IMG/VR virus record: IMGVR_UViG_2541047691_000019
Location: 1-7,321 of that record
DNA: 7,321 nucleotides
Strand: one strand, 5' to 3'
Source of the DNA: a virus
Lineage: Duplodnaviria > Heunggongvirae > Uroviricota > Caudoviricetes
Of this stretch, positions 1 through 6,227 are shown in pieces; the stretch's first letter is position 1; each line of letters opens with the position of its first letter. The notes beneath the pieces were generated by a model. That model saw nothing but the letters and a program-made list of their open reading frames with translations, had not been told where the DNA came from and searched no databases. A program made the position numbers and the translations under genes.

Positions 1-2346
1 ATTAAAACGGAACTGCTGGAAACGCAGACCGTGGACTTCAGCGTGGGTGCCGAAGGGCTTCGCCATGTACCGGGCGATGTCATTGAAATCTGCGATGATG
101 ACTATGCCGGTATCAGCACCGGCGGGCGCGTGCTGGCGGTAAACAGCCAGACCCGGACGCTGACGCTCGACCGTGAAATCACGCTGCCATCCTCCGGCAC
201 CACGCTGATAAGCCTGGTTGACGGGCAGGGTAATCCGGTGAGCGTGGAGGTCCAGTCCGTCACCGACGGTGTGAAGGTGAAAGTGAGCCGTGTTCCTGAC
301 GGCGTTGCCGGATACAGCGTGTGGGGGCTGAAGCTGCCGACGCTGCGCCAGCGCCTGTTCCGCTGTGTGAGTATCCGTGAGAATGACGACGGTACGTATG
401 CCATCACCGCCGTACAGCATGTACCGGCAAAAGAGGCCATCGTGGATAACGGGGCGCACTTTGACGGCGACCAGAGCGGCACGGTGAATGGTGTCACGCC
501 GCCAGCGGTGCAGCACCTGACCGCCGAAGTTACCGCAGACAGCGGGGAATATCAGGTGCTGGCGCGCTGGGACACGCCGAAGGTGGTGAAGGGCGTGAGC
601 TTTATGCTTCGCCTGACCGTGGCAGCGGATGACGGCAGTGAGCGGCTGGTCAGCACGGCCCGGACGACGGAAACCACATACCGCTTCACGCAACTGGCGC
701 TGGGGCGGTACACGCTGACAGTCCGGGCAGTAAATGCGTGGGGGCAGCAGGGCGATCCGGCATCGGTATCGTTCCGGATTGCCGCACCGGCAGCGCCGTC
801 TCGGATTGAGCTGACGCCGGGGTATTTTCAGATAACGGCGGTCCCGCGTCTTGCGGTGTATGACCCGACGGTACAGTTTGAATTCTGGTTCTCAGAAAAA
901 CGCATCACGAACACAGCACAGGTGGAAAAATCTGCCCGTTATCTGGGGACCGGCAGTCAGTGGACTGTCCAGGGGAGCCGGATTAAGCCGGGGACGGATT
1001 TCTGGTTTTACGTGCGCAGCGTCAACCTGGTGGGGAAATCTGCTTTTGTGGAAGCCAGCGGGCAGCCCAGCAATGATGGTGAAGGGTATCTGGAAATTTT
1101 CCGGGGGCTGATAGATGAGACGCTTCTGGGTCAGGCACTGAAAGAGCGCATTGATGCTTCAGCGCTGCGTACGGAGGTCACGCAACTGGAAGAAGATATC
1201 CGTCAGCGGATGGACACGGATATCGCAGAAGTGACCCGGAAAATCGGGAAGGCGGAAAACAGCCTCACGCAGCTGGTTGCGAAAAAGAATGAGGACCAGA
1301 CACTGGCCATCGCGCAGGTGAGCCAGAAAGTGGACCGGGTGAGCAGTGAAATCTCACAGACTGTCAGCCAGGGGCAGTCAGAAAACGCCCGACAGATAGC
1401 ACAGGTCCGCCAGTACGTGGATAAAAAAGGGAGTGAAATTACCTCGACCACGGATAAAAAGCTGGGTGACCAGGCCGTGACCATACAGCAAATCCAGCGG
1501 GTTCAGTCAGACACGCGCAATGAGCTGAATGCCATGTATATGCTGAAGGTGCAGAAAACAAAAAACGGTATTCCCTATGTGGCCGGGATTGGCGCGGGGA
1601 TTGAGGATGTTGATGATCAGACCCTGAGTAACATTCTGCTGCAGGCCGATCGCATTGCGATGATTACCCCGGAGAACGGCAACACCACGCCGCTGTTTGT
1701 GGCGCAGGGGAATCAGCTGTTCATGAACGACGTGTTCCTGAAGCGACTGTTTGCGGTGAGCATCACGTCATCCGGCAATCCTCCGACGTTTTCCCTGACG
1801 CCGGATGGCAGGCTGACAGCCCGCAATGCGGATATCAGTGGAGCCATCACGGCGAATACCGGCACGCTCAATAATGTCACCATTAACGAGAACTGTGTCA
1901 TCAGAGGGAAACTGTCTGCAAACCAGATTGAAGGCGATCTCGTTAAAACAGTGGGTAAGGCTTTCCCCCGTGACTCCCGTGCACCGAAGCGTTGGCCATC
2001 AGGAACCATTACCGTCAGGGTTTATGACGATCAGCCGTTTAACCGGCAGATTGTTATTCCGGCGGTGGCTTTCAGCGGTGCCAGACATGAGCGGGAGAAC
2101 AGCGATACTTATTCGTCATGCCGCCTGATAGTGAAGAAAAACGGTGCTGAAATTTATAACCGTACCGCGCTGGATAATACGCTGGTTTACAGTGGTGTTA
2201 TTGATATGCCTGCTGGTCGCGGTCACATGACGCTGGAGTTTTCTGTATCAGCATGGTGGGTAAATGGCTGGTATCCCACAGCAAGTATCAGCGATTTGCT
2301 GGTTGTTGTGATGAAGAAAGCCACTGCAGGCATCACGATTAGCTGA
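1..2346 (+). CDS. J: Host specificity / tail tip protein J, C-terminal ~780 codons (5'-truncated by window edge)
   Basis: Frame is open from base 1 (ATT AAA ACG GAA ...) with no upstream stop, so the gene starts before the window; the ORF track's start at 31 is only the first in-frame GTG. Product has fibronectin-III-like repeats, a long coiled-coil segment ([34 protein letters not shown]...) and a C-terminal domain, and sits directly before lom as in lambda. TGA stop at 2344-2346. Confidence 0.9.
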   Translation: MKTELLETQTVDFSVGAEGLRHVPGDVIEICDDDYAGISTGGRVLAVNSQTRTLTLDREITLPSSGTTLISLVDGQGNPVSVEVQSVTDGVKVKVSRVPDGVAGYSVWGLKLPTLRQRLFRCVSIRENDDGTYAITAVQHVPAKEAIVDNGAHFDGDQSGTVNGVTPPAVQHLTAEVTADSGEYQVLARWDTPKVVKGVSFMLRLTVAADDGSERLVSTARTTETTYRFTQLALGRYTLTVRAVNAWGQQGDPASVSFRIAAPAAPSRIELTPGYFQITAVPRLAVYDPTVQFEFWFSEKRITNTAQVEKSARYLGTGSQWTVQGSRIKPGTDFWFYVRSVNLVGKSAFVEASGQPSNDGEGYLEIFRGLIDETLLGQALKERIDASALRTEVTQLEEDIRQRMDTDIAEVTRKIGKAENSLTQLVAKKNEDQTLAIAQVSQKVDRVSSEISQTVSQGQSENARQIAQVRQYVDKKGSEITSTTDKKLGDQAVTIQQIQRVQSDTRNELNAMYMLKVQKTKNGIPYVAGIGAGIEDVDDQTLSNILLQADRIAMITPENGNTTPLFVAQGNQLFMNDVFLKRLFAVSITSSGNPPTFSLTPDGRLTARNADISGAITANTGTLNNVTINENCVIRGKLSANQIEGDLVKTVGKAFPRDSRAPKRWPSGTITVRVYDDQPFNRQIVIPAVAFSGARHERENSDTYSSCRLIVKKNGAEIYNRTALDNTLVYSGVIDMPAGRGHMTLEFSVSAWWVNGWYPTASISDLLVVVMKKATAGITIS

Positions 2347-2364
2347 ATTTTATAACCCCAATAC

Positions 2365-2391
2365 GGGCGCCAGAAATGGTGCCTTTTTTAT
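2365..2391 (+). terminator. Candidate intrinsic terminator between J and lom
   Basis: GGCGCC (2366-2371), loop AGAAAT, GGTGCC (2378-2383) gives a 6-bp stem with one G.U pair, followed by TTTTTTATT (2384-2392). Weak stem; tentative. Confidence 0.3.
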
Positions 2392-2413
2392 TGCAGAAAA
2401 GCGAGAGGTAATT

Positions 2414-3013
2414 ATGCGTAAAGTTTGTGCAGTCATTTTGTCCGCAGCCATCTGTCTGTCCGTATCCGGTGCGCCTGCATGGGCGTCTGAACATCAGTCC
2501 ACACTGAGCGCGGGGTATCTTCATGCCCGTACGAACGCTCCCGGCAGCGATAATCTGAACGGGATTAACGTGAAATACCGTTATGAGTTTACGGACGCGC
2601 TGGGGCTGATTACGTCCTTCAGTTATGCCAATGCTGAAGATGAGAAAAAAACGCACTACAGCGATACCCGCTGGCATGAGGATTCTGTGCGTAACCGCTG
2701 GTTCAGCGTGATGGCGGGGCCATCTGTGCGCGTGAATGAATGGTTCAGCGTGTATGTGATCGCTGGTGTGACTTACAGCCGTGTGTCGACTTTTTCCGGG
2801 GATTATCTCCGTGTAACTGACAGCAAGGGGAAAACGCACGATGTGCTGACCGGAAGTGATGACGATCGCCACAGCAACACGTCTCTGGCGTGGGGAGCTG
2901 GCGTGCAGTTTAACCCGACCGAATCCGTGGCCATTGACCTTGCTTATGAAGGTTCCGGCAGTGGTGACTGGCGCACTGACGGTTTCATCGTGGGTGTCGG
3001 TTATAAATTCTGA
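2414..3013 (+). CDS. lom: Lom outer-membrane protein (Ail/Lom/PagC family 8-strand beta-barrel)
   Basis: 199 aa; N-terminal signal peptide MRKVCAVILSAAICLSVSGAPAWA; near-identical over most of its length to lambda Lom as I recall it (…SEHQSTLSAGYLHARTNAPGSDNLNGINVKYRYEF…DWRTDGFIVGVGYKF). RBS GAGAGG at 2403-2408, ATG at 2414. Position J-lom-stf matches lambda. Confidence 0.92.
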   Translation: MRKVCAVILSAAICLSVSGAPAWASEHQSTLSAGYLHARTNAPGSDNLNGINVKYRYEFTDALGLITSFSYANAEDEKKTHYSDTRWHEDSVRNRWFSVMAGPSVRVNEWFSVYVIAGVTYSRVSTFSGDYLRVTDSKGKTHDVLTGSDDDRHSNTSLAWGAGVQFNPTESVAIDLAYEGSGSGDWRTDGFIVGVGYKF

Positions 3014-3039
3014 TTAGCCAGGTAACACAGTGTTATGAC

Positions 3040-3066
3040 AGCCCGCCGGTTCAGGCGGGCTTTTTT
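3040..3066 (+). terminator. Rho-independent terminator downstream of lom
   Basis: AGCCCGCC (3040-3047), loop GGTTCA, GGCGGGCT (3054-3061): a GC-rich 8-bp stem followed by TTTTTT (3061-3066). Confidence 0.7.
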
Positions 3067-3077
3067 GTGGAGTGGAT

Positions 3078-5144
3078 ATGGCAGCAGTAAAAATCTCAGG
3101 TGTGCTGAAAGATGGTGCGGGAAAACCAATACAGAACTGCACTATTCAGTTGAAGGCAAAGCGTAACAGCACCACGGTACTGGTGAACACGGTGGCCTCT
3201 GAAAATCCGGATGAAGCCGGGCGTTACAGCATGGATGTTGAGTATGGCCAGTACAGCGTCATCCTGCTGGTTGAAGGTTTTCCGCCTTCACATGCCGGGA
3301 CCATTACCGTCTATGAAGGTTCCAGACCAGGTACGCTGAATGATTTTCTCGGTGCCATGACGGAGGATGATGTTCGTCCGGAGGCACTGCGCCGTTTTGA
3401 GCTGATGGTGAATGAAGTGGCACGTCATGCCGGAGCGTCATCACAGAGTGCAGCGGCGGCAAAGAAATCCGAAACGGCAGCAGCCTCATCGAAGAATGCG
3501 GCGAAAACCTCAGAAACGAATGCAGCTAACAGCGCACAGGCGGCAGCGGCCTCGCAGACTGCATCGGCAAACTCCGCGACAGCAGCCAAAAAATCAGAAA
3601 CCAACGCGAAAAATAGCGAGACAGCCACAAAGGCCAGCGAAAAAAACGCAAAATCCAGCCAGACGGCAGCGAAAACCAGTGAGACGAATGCCAAAGACAG
3701 TGAAGCCAACGCAAAGGTGAGCGAAACAGCGGCGGCGAACTCGGCGAAAGCATCGGCAGCAAGCCAGACGGCAGCAAAAGCAAGTGAAGATGCTGCCAGA
3801 GAATACGCAAACCAGACAGCAGAGCCGTACAGATATGTTTTACAGCCGCTGCCGGATGTGTGGATACCCTTTAATGATTCGCTGGATATGATTACGGGCT
3901 ATTCTCCGGGTTATAAAAAAGTGAAGATTGGTGATAATGTGGTTCAGGTTGCCAGTGATAAACAGGTTAATTTCAGTCGCGCATCAACGGCAACATATAT
4001 CAACAAATCTGGCGAACTGAAAACGGCGGAAATTAATGAGCCACGATTTGAGTGTGATGGCCTGCTTATTGAGGGGCAAAGAACGAACTTCTTCCCGAAC
4101 AGTACAGACCCTTCGAAGTGGAATAAGTCAACTTCACTGGACGTTACAGAAACAGGCACAGATAGTTTCGGGTTTAATTATGGCCGGTTTGTCGTACAGG
4201 ATTCGATTGTTGGTACAAGTAAAGCGCATACCATTATCGGACTGTATTCGAGTACCGGAGGGGTTGATACTTCAGGGGACGAAAAGTATGTAACTATATC
4301 CTGTCGGGTAAAAAGTGAAGTTGATAATATCGCCGTTCGTATTTTATTTGAACATTATGATGGGGAGGTAAGGACATCAATAGGAGCAGCAAGCCTGAAC
4401 CTTACCACCCGCATAATTAGCAAGACAGGTCAGACAAGCCGTGTTACAGCAAGGTCTGTTAAGGATGATGCAACTGGCTGGATATTTTTTGAGGCTACAT
4501 TAAAAGCAGATACAACAGAAAATACGGTTGGCGGTTTTGTCCAGTATTCTCCGGATACAGGGCAGATGGTTGCATCAGGGGATTATCTCGATGTAACCAC
4601 TCCACAGATTGAGGCTGGTACAGGCGCATCATCTTTTATTGTTACGGGGACGGCACCGGTAACGCGGGCAAGCGATATGGTTACAGTTCCGATTAAGAAT
4701 AATCTTTATAATCTTCCTTTTACGGTTCTTTGTGAGGTACATAAGAACTGGTATAAAACGCCAAATGCAGCGCCGCGTGTTTTTGACACATACCGGCATC
4801 AGGCAGATGCGGGGATCGTAATGGGGTTTGGTTCATCAGGTGGGTACGACGGTTTTCCGTATTGTGATATTGGTGGTTCAAACCGACGAATAAATGAAAA
4901 TGCCGGGCTGAAAAAAATGCTTATTGGTATGCGGGTAAAGTCCGAACGGTCCACATGTGTAGTCAGTAACGGTAAGTTAAGCAGCGAAACTAAAACCAAA
5001 TGGGAATATATCCGGAGTACAGCAACCATTCGCATTGGTGGACAAACTACAGCAGGATTACGCCATTTATTTGGGCATGTGAGGAATTTTCGTCTCTGGC
5101 ATAAAGAGCTAACAGATGCGCAGCTTGGGGAGGTTGTGGAGTGA
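3078..5144 (+). CDS. stf: Side tail fibre protein Stf (lambda Stf-like N-terminus, repeat stalk, divergent distal domain)
   Basis: ATG at 3078 is preferred over the in-frame GTG at 3072 because MAAVKISGVLKDGAGKPIQNCTIQLKAKRNS matches the lambda Stf N-terminus and GGAG lies 5 nt upstream. 688 aa; central Ala/Ser/Thr/Lys repeats (KxSETNAK); conserved block AREYANQTAEPYRYVLQPLPDVWIPFNDSLDMITG…; C-terminus …LRHLFGHVRNFRLWHKELTDAQLGEVVE typical of enterobacterial prophage side tail fibres. TGA at 5142-5144. Confidence 0.88.
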   Translation: MAAVKISGVLKDGAGKPIQNCTIQLKAKRNSTTVLVNTVASENPDEAGRYSMDVEYGQYSVILLVEGFPPSHAGTITVYEGSRPGTLNDFLGAMTEDDVRPEALRRFELMVNEVARHAGASSQSAAAAKKSETAAASSKNAAKTSETNAANSAQAAAASQTASANSATAAKKSETNAKNSETATKASEKNAKSSQTAAKTSETNAKDSEANAKVSETAAANSAKASAASQTAAKASEDAAREYANQTAEPYRYVLQPLPDVWIPFNDSLDMITGYSPGYKKVKIGDNVVQVASDKQVNFSRASTATYINKSGELKTAEINEPRFECDGLLIEGQRTNFFPNSTDPSKWNKSTSLDVTETGTDSFGFNYGRFVVQDSIVGTSKAHTIIGLYSSTGGVDTSGDEKYVTISCRVKSEVDNIAVRILFEHYDGEVRTSIGAASLNLTTRIISKTGQTSRVTARSVKDDATGWIFFEATLKADTTENTVGGFVQYSPDTGQMVASGDYLDVTTPQIEAGTGASSFIVTGTAPVTRASDMVTVPIKNNLYNLPFTVLCEVHKNWYKTPNAAPRVFDTYRHQADAGIVMGFGSSGGYDGFPYCDIGGSNRRINENAGLKKMLIGMRVKSERSTCVVSNGKLSSETKTKWEYIRSTATIRIGGQTTAGLRHLFGHVRNFRLWHKELTDAQLGEVVE
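3438..3813 (+). repeat. Imperfect in-frame tandem repeats encoding the Stf low-complexity stalk
   Basis: Recurrent DNA units such as AAA(A/T)C(A/C)AG(T/C)GA(A/G)AC(G/C)AA(T/C)GC(G/A)AAA encode repeated (A/T)AK(T/K/N)SETNAK motifs. This tract produces spurious highly basic or hydrophobic ORFs in other frames (3412-3720 +, 3425-3709 -, 3526-3810 -). Confidence 0.6.
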
Positions 5145-5419
5145 GAGATTTCACGTTGCGTTTCAGTGATAAAGCAGATTTCAGGGCATTTCTCAGGAAA
5201 CTTAACTGGGAAGAGGACGAAGAGCTGCAGAATGCCGTTCTGGTTGATGAGATTGGTTTTACGTTCAGGGAGACAGATGTTCCTGATGACGGAGAACCAG
5301 AATACACGCGAAACGAAGGGTACTTTGTTAATATCCGTCTTCTTGACGATGGATTTGATGATTCCGTGTTCCGTGAGTGGGTGGTTACACCAGAGCGCCC
5401 GCTCAGGGAGTGGTTTTAA
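5141..5419 (+). CDS. Hypothetical acidic 92-aa protein, translationally coupled to stf (possible cognate fibre chaperone/accessory protein)
   Basis: GTG start at 5141 overlaps the stf stop (GTGA); strong SD GGGGAGG at 5127-5133, 7 nt upstream. Product MRDFTLRFSDKADFRAFLRKLNWEEDEELQ… is acidic with protein-like composition. I do not recognise it as lambda Tfa. Confidence 0.5.
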   Translation: MRDFTLRFSDKADFRAFLRKLNWEEDEELQNAVLVDEIGFTFRETDVPDDGEPEYTRNEGYFVNIRLLDDGFDDSVFREWVVTPERPLREWF

Positions 5420-5428
5420 GGATAGCAG

Positions 5429-5650
5429 ATGGATATCACGTCGATACTTCATGCGCTTTGTGCCGTAGCGGTGCAGGTACTGGCTGGTCTTTTTACCGGA
5501 AACTGGGCTTACGGGGCGATAGCCGGTTGTACGTTCTTCATTGCGCGTGAACACACCCAGGCAGAATATCGCTGGATTGAAATGTTCGGGCATGGCAAGC
5601 GTATGAATATGCCGTGGTGGGGCGTGCCTGCGAATCTGGCTGTTGGTTAA
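5429..5650 (+). CDS. Hypothetical 73-aa small hydrophobic (membrane?) protein
   Basis: ATG at 5429 with SD AAGGA at 5417-5421, 7 nt upstream. Two hydrophobic segments (ITSILHALCAVAVQVLAGLF; WAYGAIAGCTFFIA) then a Trp-rich polar tail. TAA at 5648-5650. No family recognised. Confidence 0.4.
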   Translation: MDITSILHALCAVAVQVLAGLFTGNWAYGAIAGCTFFIAREHTQAEYRWIEMFGHGKRMNMPWWGVPANLAVG

Positions 5651-5669
5651 TCGTGGGTGAAAAAGGTGA

Positions 5670-5798
5670 GCAGTATATGCAACGAAGGAGGAAACATCAT
5701 TGCTGGCGGCATGGAAGGCATGCAGGGTGTTGCTGAACCGTGTTGATACATCAACTGCACCTGATATTGAGTGGCCGGAAGAACCAGACACAATGTAA
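5670..5798 (+). pseudogene. tfa: Tail fibre assembly protein Tfa, C-terminal remnant (about 42 codons; N-terminal ~150 codons absent)
   Basis: Frame 0 after the TGA at 5667-5669 encodes [42 protein letters not shown], matching the conserved C-terminus of lambda Tfa as I recall it (…[32 protein letters not shown]…). No ATG start and no N-terminal domain. Confidence 0.65.
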
Positions 5799-5801
5799 GC
5801 G

Positions 5802-5847
5802 AAAAAGAAAAACCGCAGACACGACGTATGCAGGACGTGCTGCGGTT
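5802..5847 (-). terminator. Rho-independent terminator for the leftward int-dinI transcript
   Basis: On the + strand, AACCGCAG (5811-5818) pairs with CTGCGGTT (5840-5847), with an extended imperfect stem (ACACG/ACGTG). The A-run AAAAAGAAAAA at 5802-5812 reads as U-rich 3' of the hairpin on the - strand. About 65 nt downstream of the dinI-like stop. Confidence 0.55.
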
Positions 5848-5913
5848 GGCTGGTGAACTTTCGATAGTGCGGGTATTGAATGATTTCCAGCCGTTACCGA
5901 TTTTACGTGTTTA

Positions 5914-6162
5914 TTAGTGAACAAACCACTCGTCAGCAGACTCCCAGGTATCTTTCAGAGTCTCCTGAACAAATGTTTTTGCAGAATCCTTATCTGCTGT
6001 GCGTGTAACAGAAAGCCCATCATTGCTGGTGGCTTTTACGATCACTTCTACATCGTCATAACGCTTACTGATGCGCCGAGTTAATTCTTCCTTTAACGCA
6101 TCCACAGCACCGTTTGGCATTTTAGTCATTTTCTCTTTGGCTATGCAGATTTCAATACGCAT
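5914..6162 (-). CDS. dinI: DinI family protein (DNA-damage-inducible protein I homologue; modulator of RecA coprotease activity)
   Basis: 82 aa, [35 protein letters not shown]…[15 protein letters not shown], matching E. coli DinI in length and in the MRIE…GA(I/V)DAL…(E)TWESAD(D/E)WFV motifs. RBS GAGGGA upstream; LexA-box promoter immediately upstream. Confidence 0.88.
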   Translation of the reverse strand: MRIEICIAKEKMTKMPNGAVDALKEELTRRISKRYDDVEVIVKATSNDGLSVTRTADKDSAKTFVQETLKDTWESADEWFVH

Positions 6163-6175
6163 AAAAATCCCTCTA

Positions 6176-6195
6176 TACTGTGTTTGTATACAGTG
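6176..6195 (-). promoter_or_regulatory. LexA operator (SOS box) 1, proximal to the dinI-like start
   Basis: TACTGTGTTTGTATACAGTG: perfect CTGT-N8-ACAG (6178-6193) with an AT-rich spacer, against consensus TACTGTATATATATACAGTA. Lies between the putative -10 and the RBS. Confidence 0.75.
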
Positions 6196-6197
6196 TT

Positions 6198-6227
6198 ATT
6201 TTTATCTGTATAAATAAACAGTGTCAA
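6198..6227 (-). promoter_or_regulatory. Sigma-70 promoter for the dinI-like gene
   Basis: On the - strand: TTGACA (complement of 6222-6227, a perfect -35 that overlaps the int stop codon at 6224-6226), a 17-18 bp spacer, then TAAAAAT (complement of 6198-6204) as the -10. Start codon is about 35 nt downstream. Confidence 0.6.
6204..6223 (-). promoter_or_regulatory. LexA operator (SOS box) 2, within the promoter spacer
   Basis: ATCTGTATAAATAAACAGTG: perfect CTGT-N8-ACAG at 6206-6221. Sits between the -35 and -10 elements of the dinI-like promoter. Confidence 0.7.

Noticed and set aside
102-2128. ORF-track entries inside J (102-497 -, 851-1111 +, 1203-1484 -, 1713-2009 -, 1826-2128 +)
   Set aside because: All lie within the J coding region in alternative or antisense frames, with biased composition and no independent signals.
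2339-2872. 177-aa ORF on the - strand opposite lom
   Set aside because: Antisense to the clearly conserved lom gene; His/Arg-rich translation with no RBS context.
3304-3810. Extremely basic (RRQRNPKRQQ…) and hydrophobic ORFs at 3304-3489 -, 3412-3720 +, 3425-3709 - and 3526-3810 -
   Set aside because: Frame-shifted or antisense readings of the stf repeat tract; low-complexity artefacts.
3944-4293. Small ORFs 3944-4159 - and 4036-4293 +
   Set aside because: Embedded within stf in other frames; no supporting signals.
5047-5468. ORFs 5047-5307 - and 5166-5468 +
   Set aside because: Overlap the better-supported 92-aa ORF and the stf end in alternative frames. The 5166 ORF lacks a convincing RBS and has odd composition.
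4799-5791. Long 330-aa ORF on the - strand spanning the stf 3' end, both small ORFs and the tfa remnant
   Set aside because: It overlaps 345 nt of the well-supported, conserved Stf C-terminus. Its translation is Ser/Pro/Arg/Cys/His-rich with no recognisable domain and has the look of an antisense shadow frame. The + strand ORFs have good SD sequences and its start lies downstream of the - strand terminator. Worth a quick homology search, but it is most likely spurious.
5799-6223. Search for a tRNA 3'-end fragment or recognisable attP core (for example a lambda-type GCTTTTTTATACTAA core)
   Set aside because: No T-psi-C arm-like GGTTCGAATCC…CCA motif and no lambda core sequence seen; the att site cannot be assigned from this window alone.
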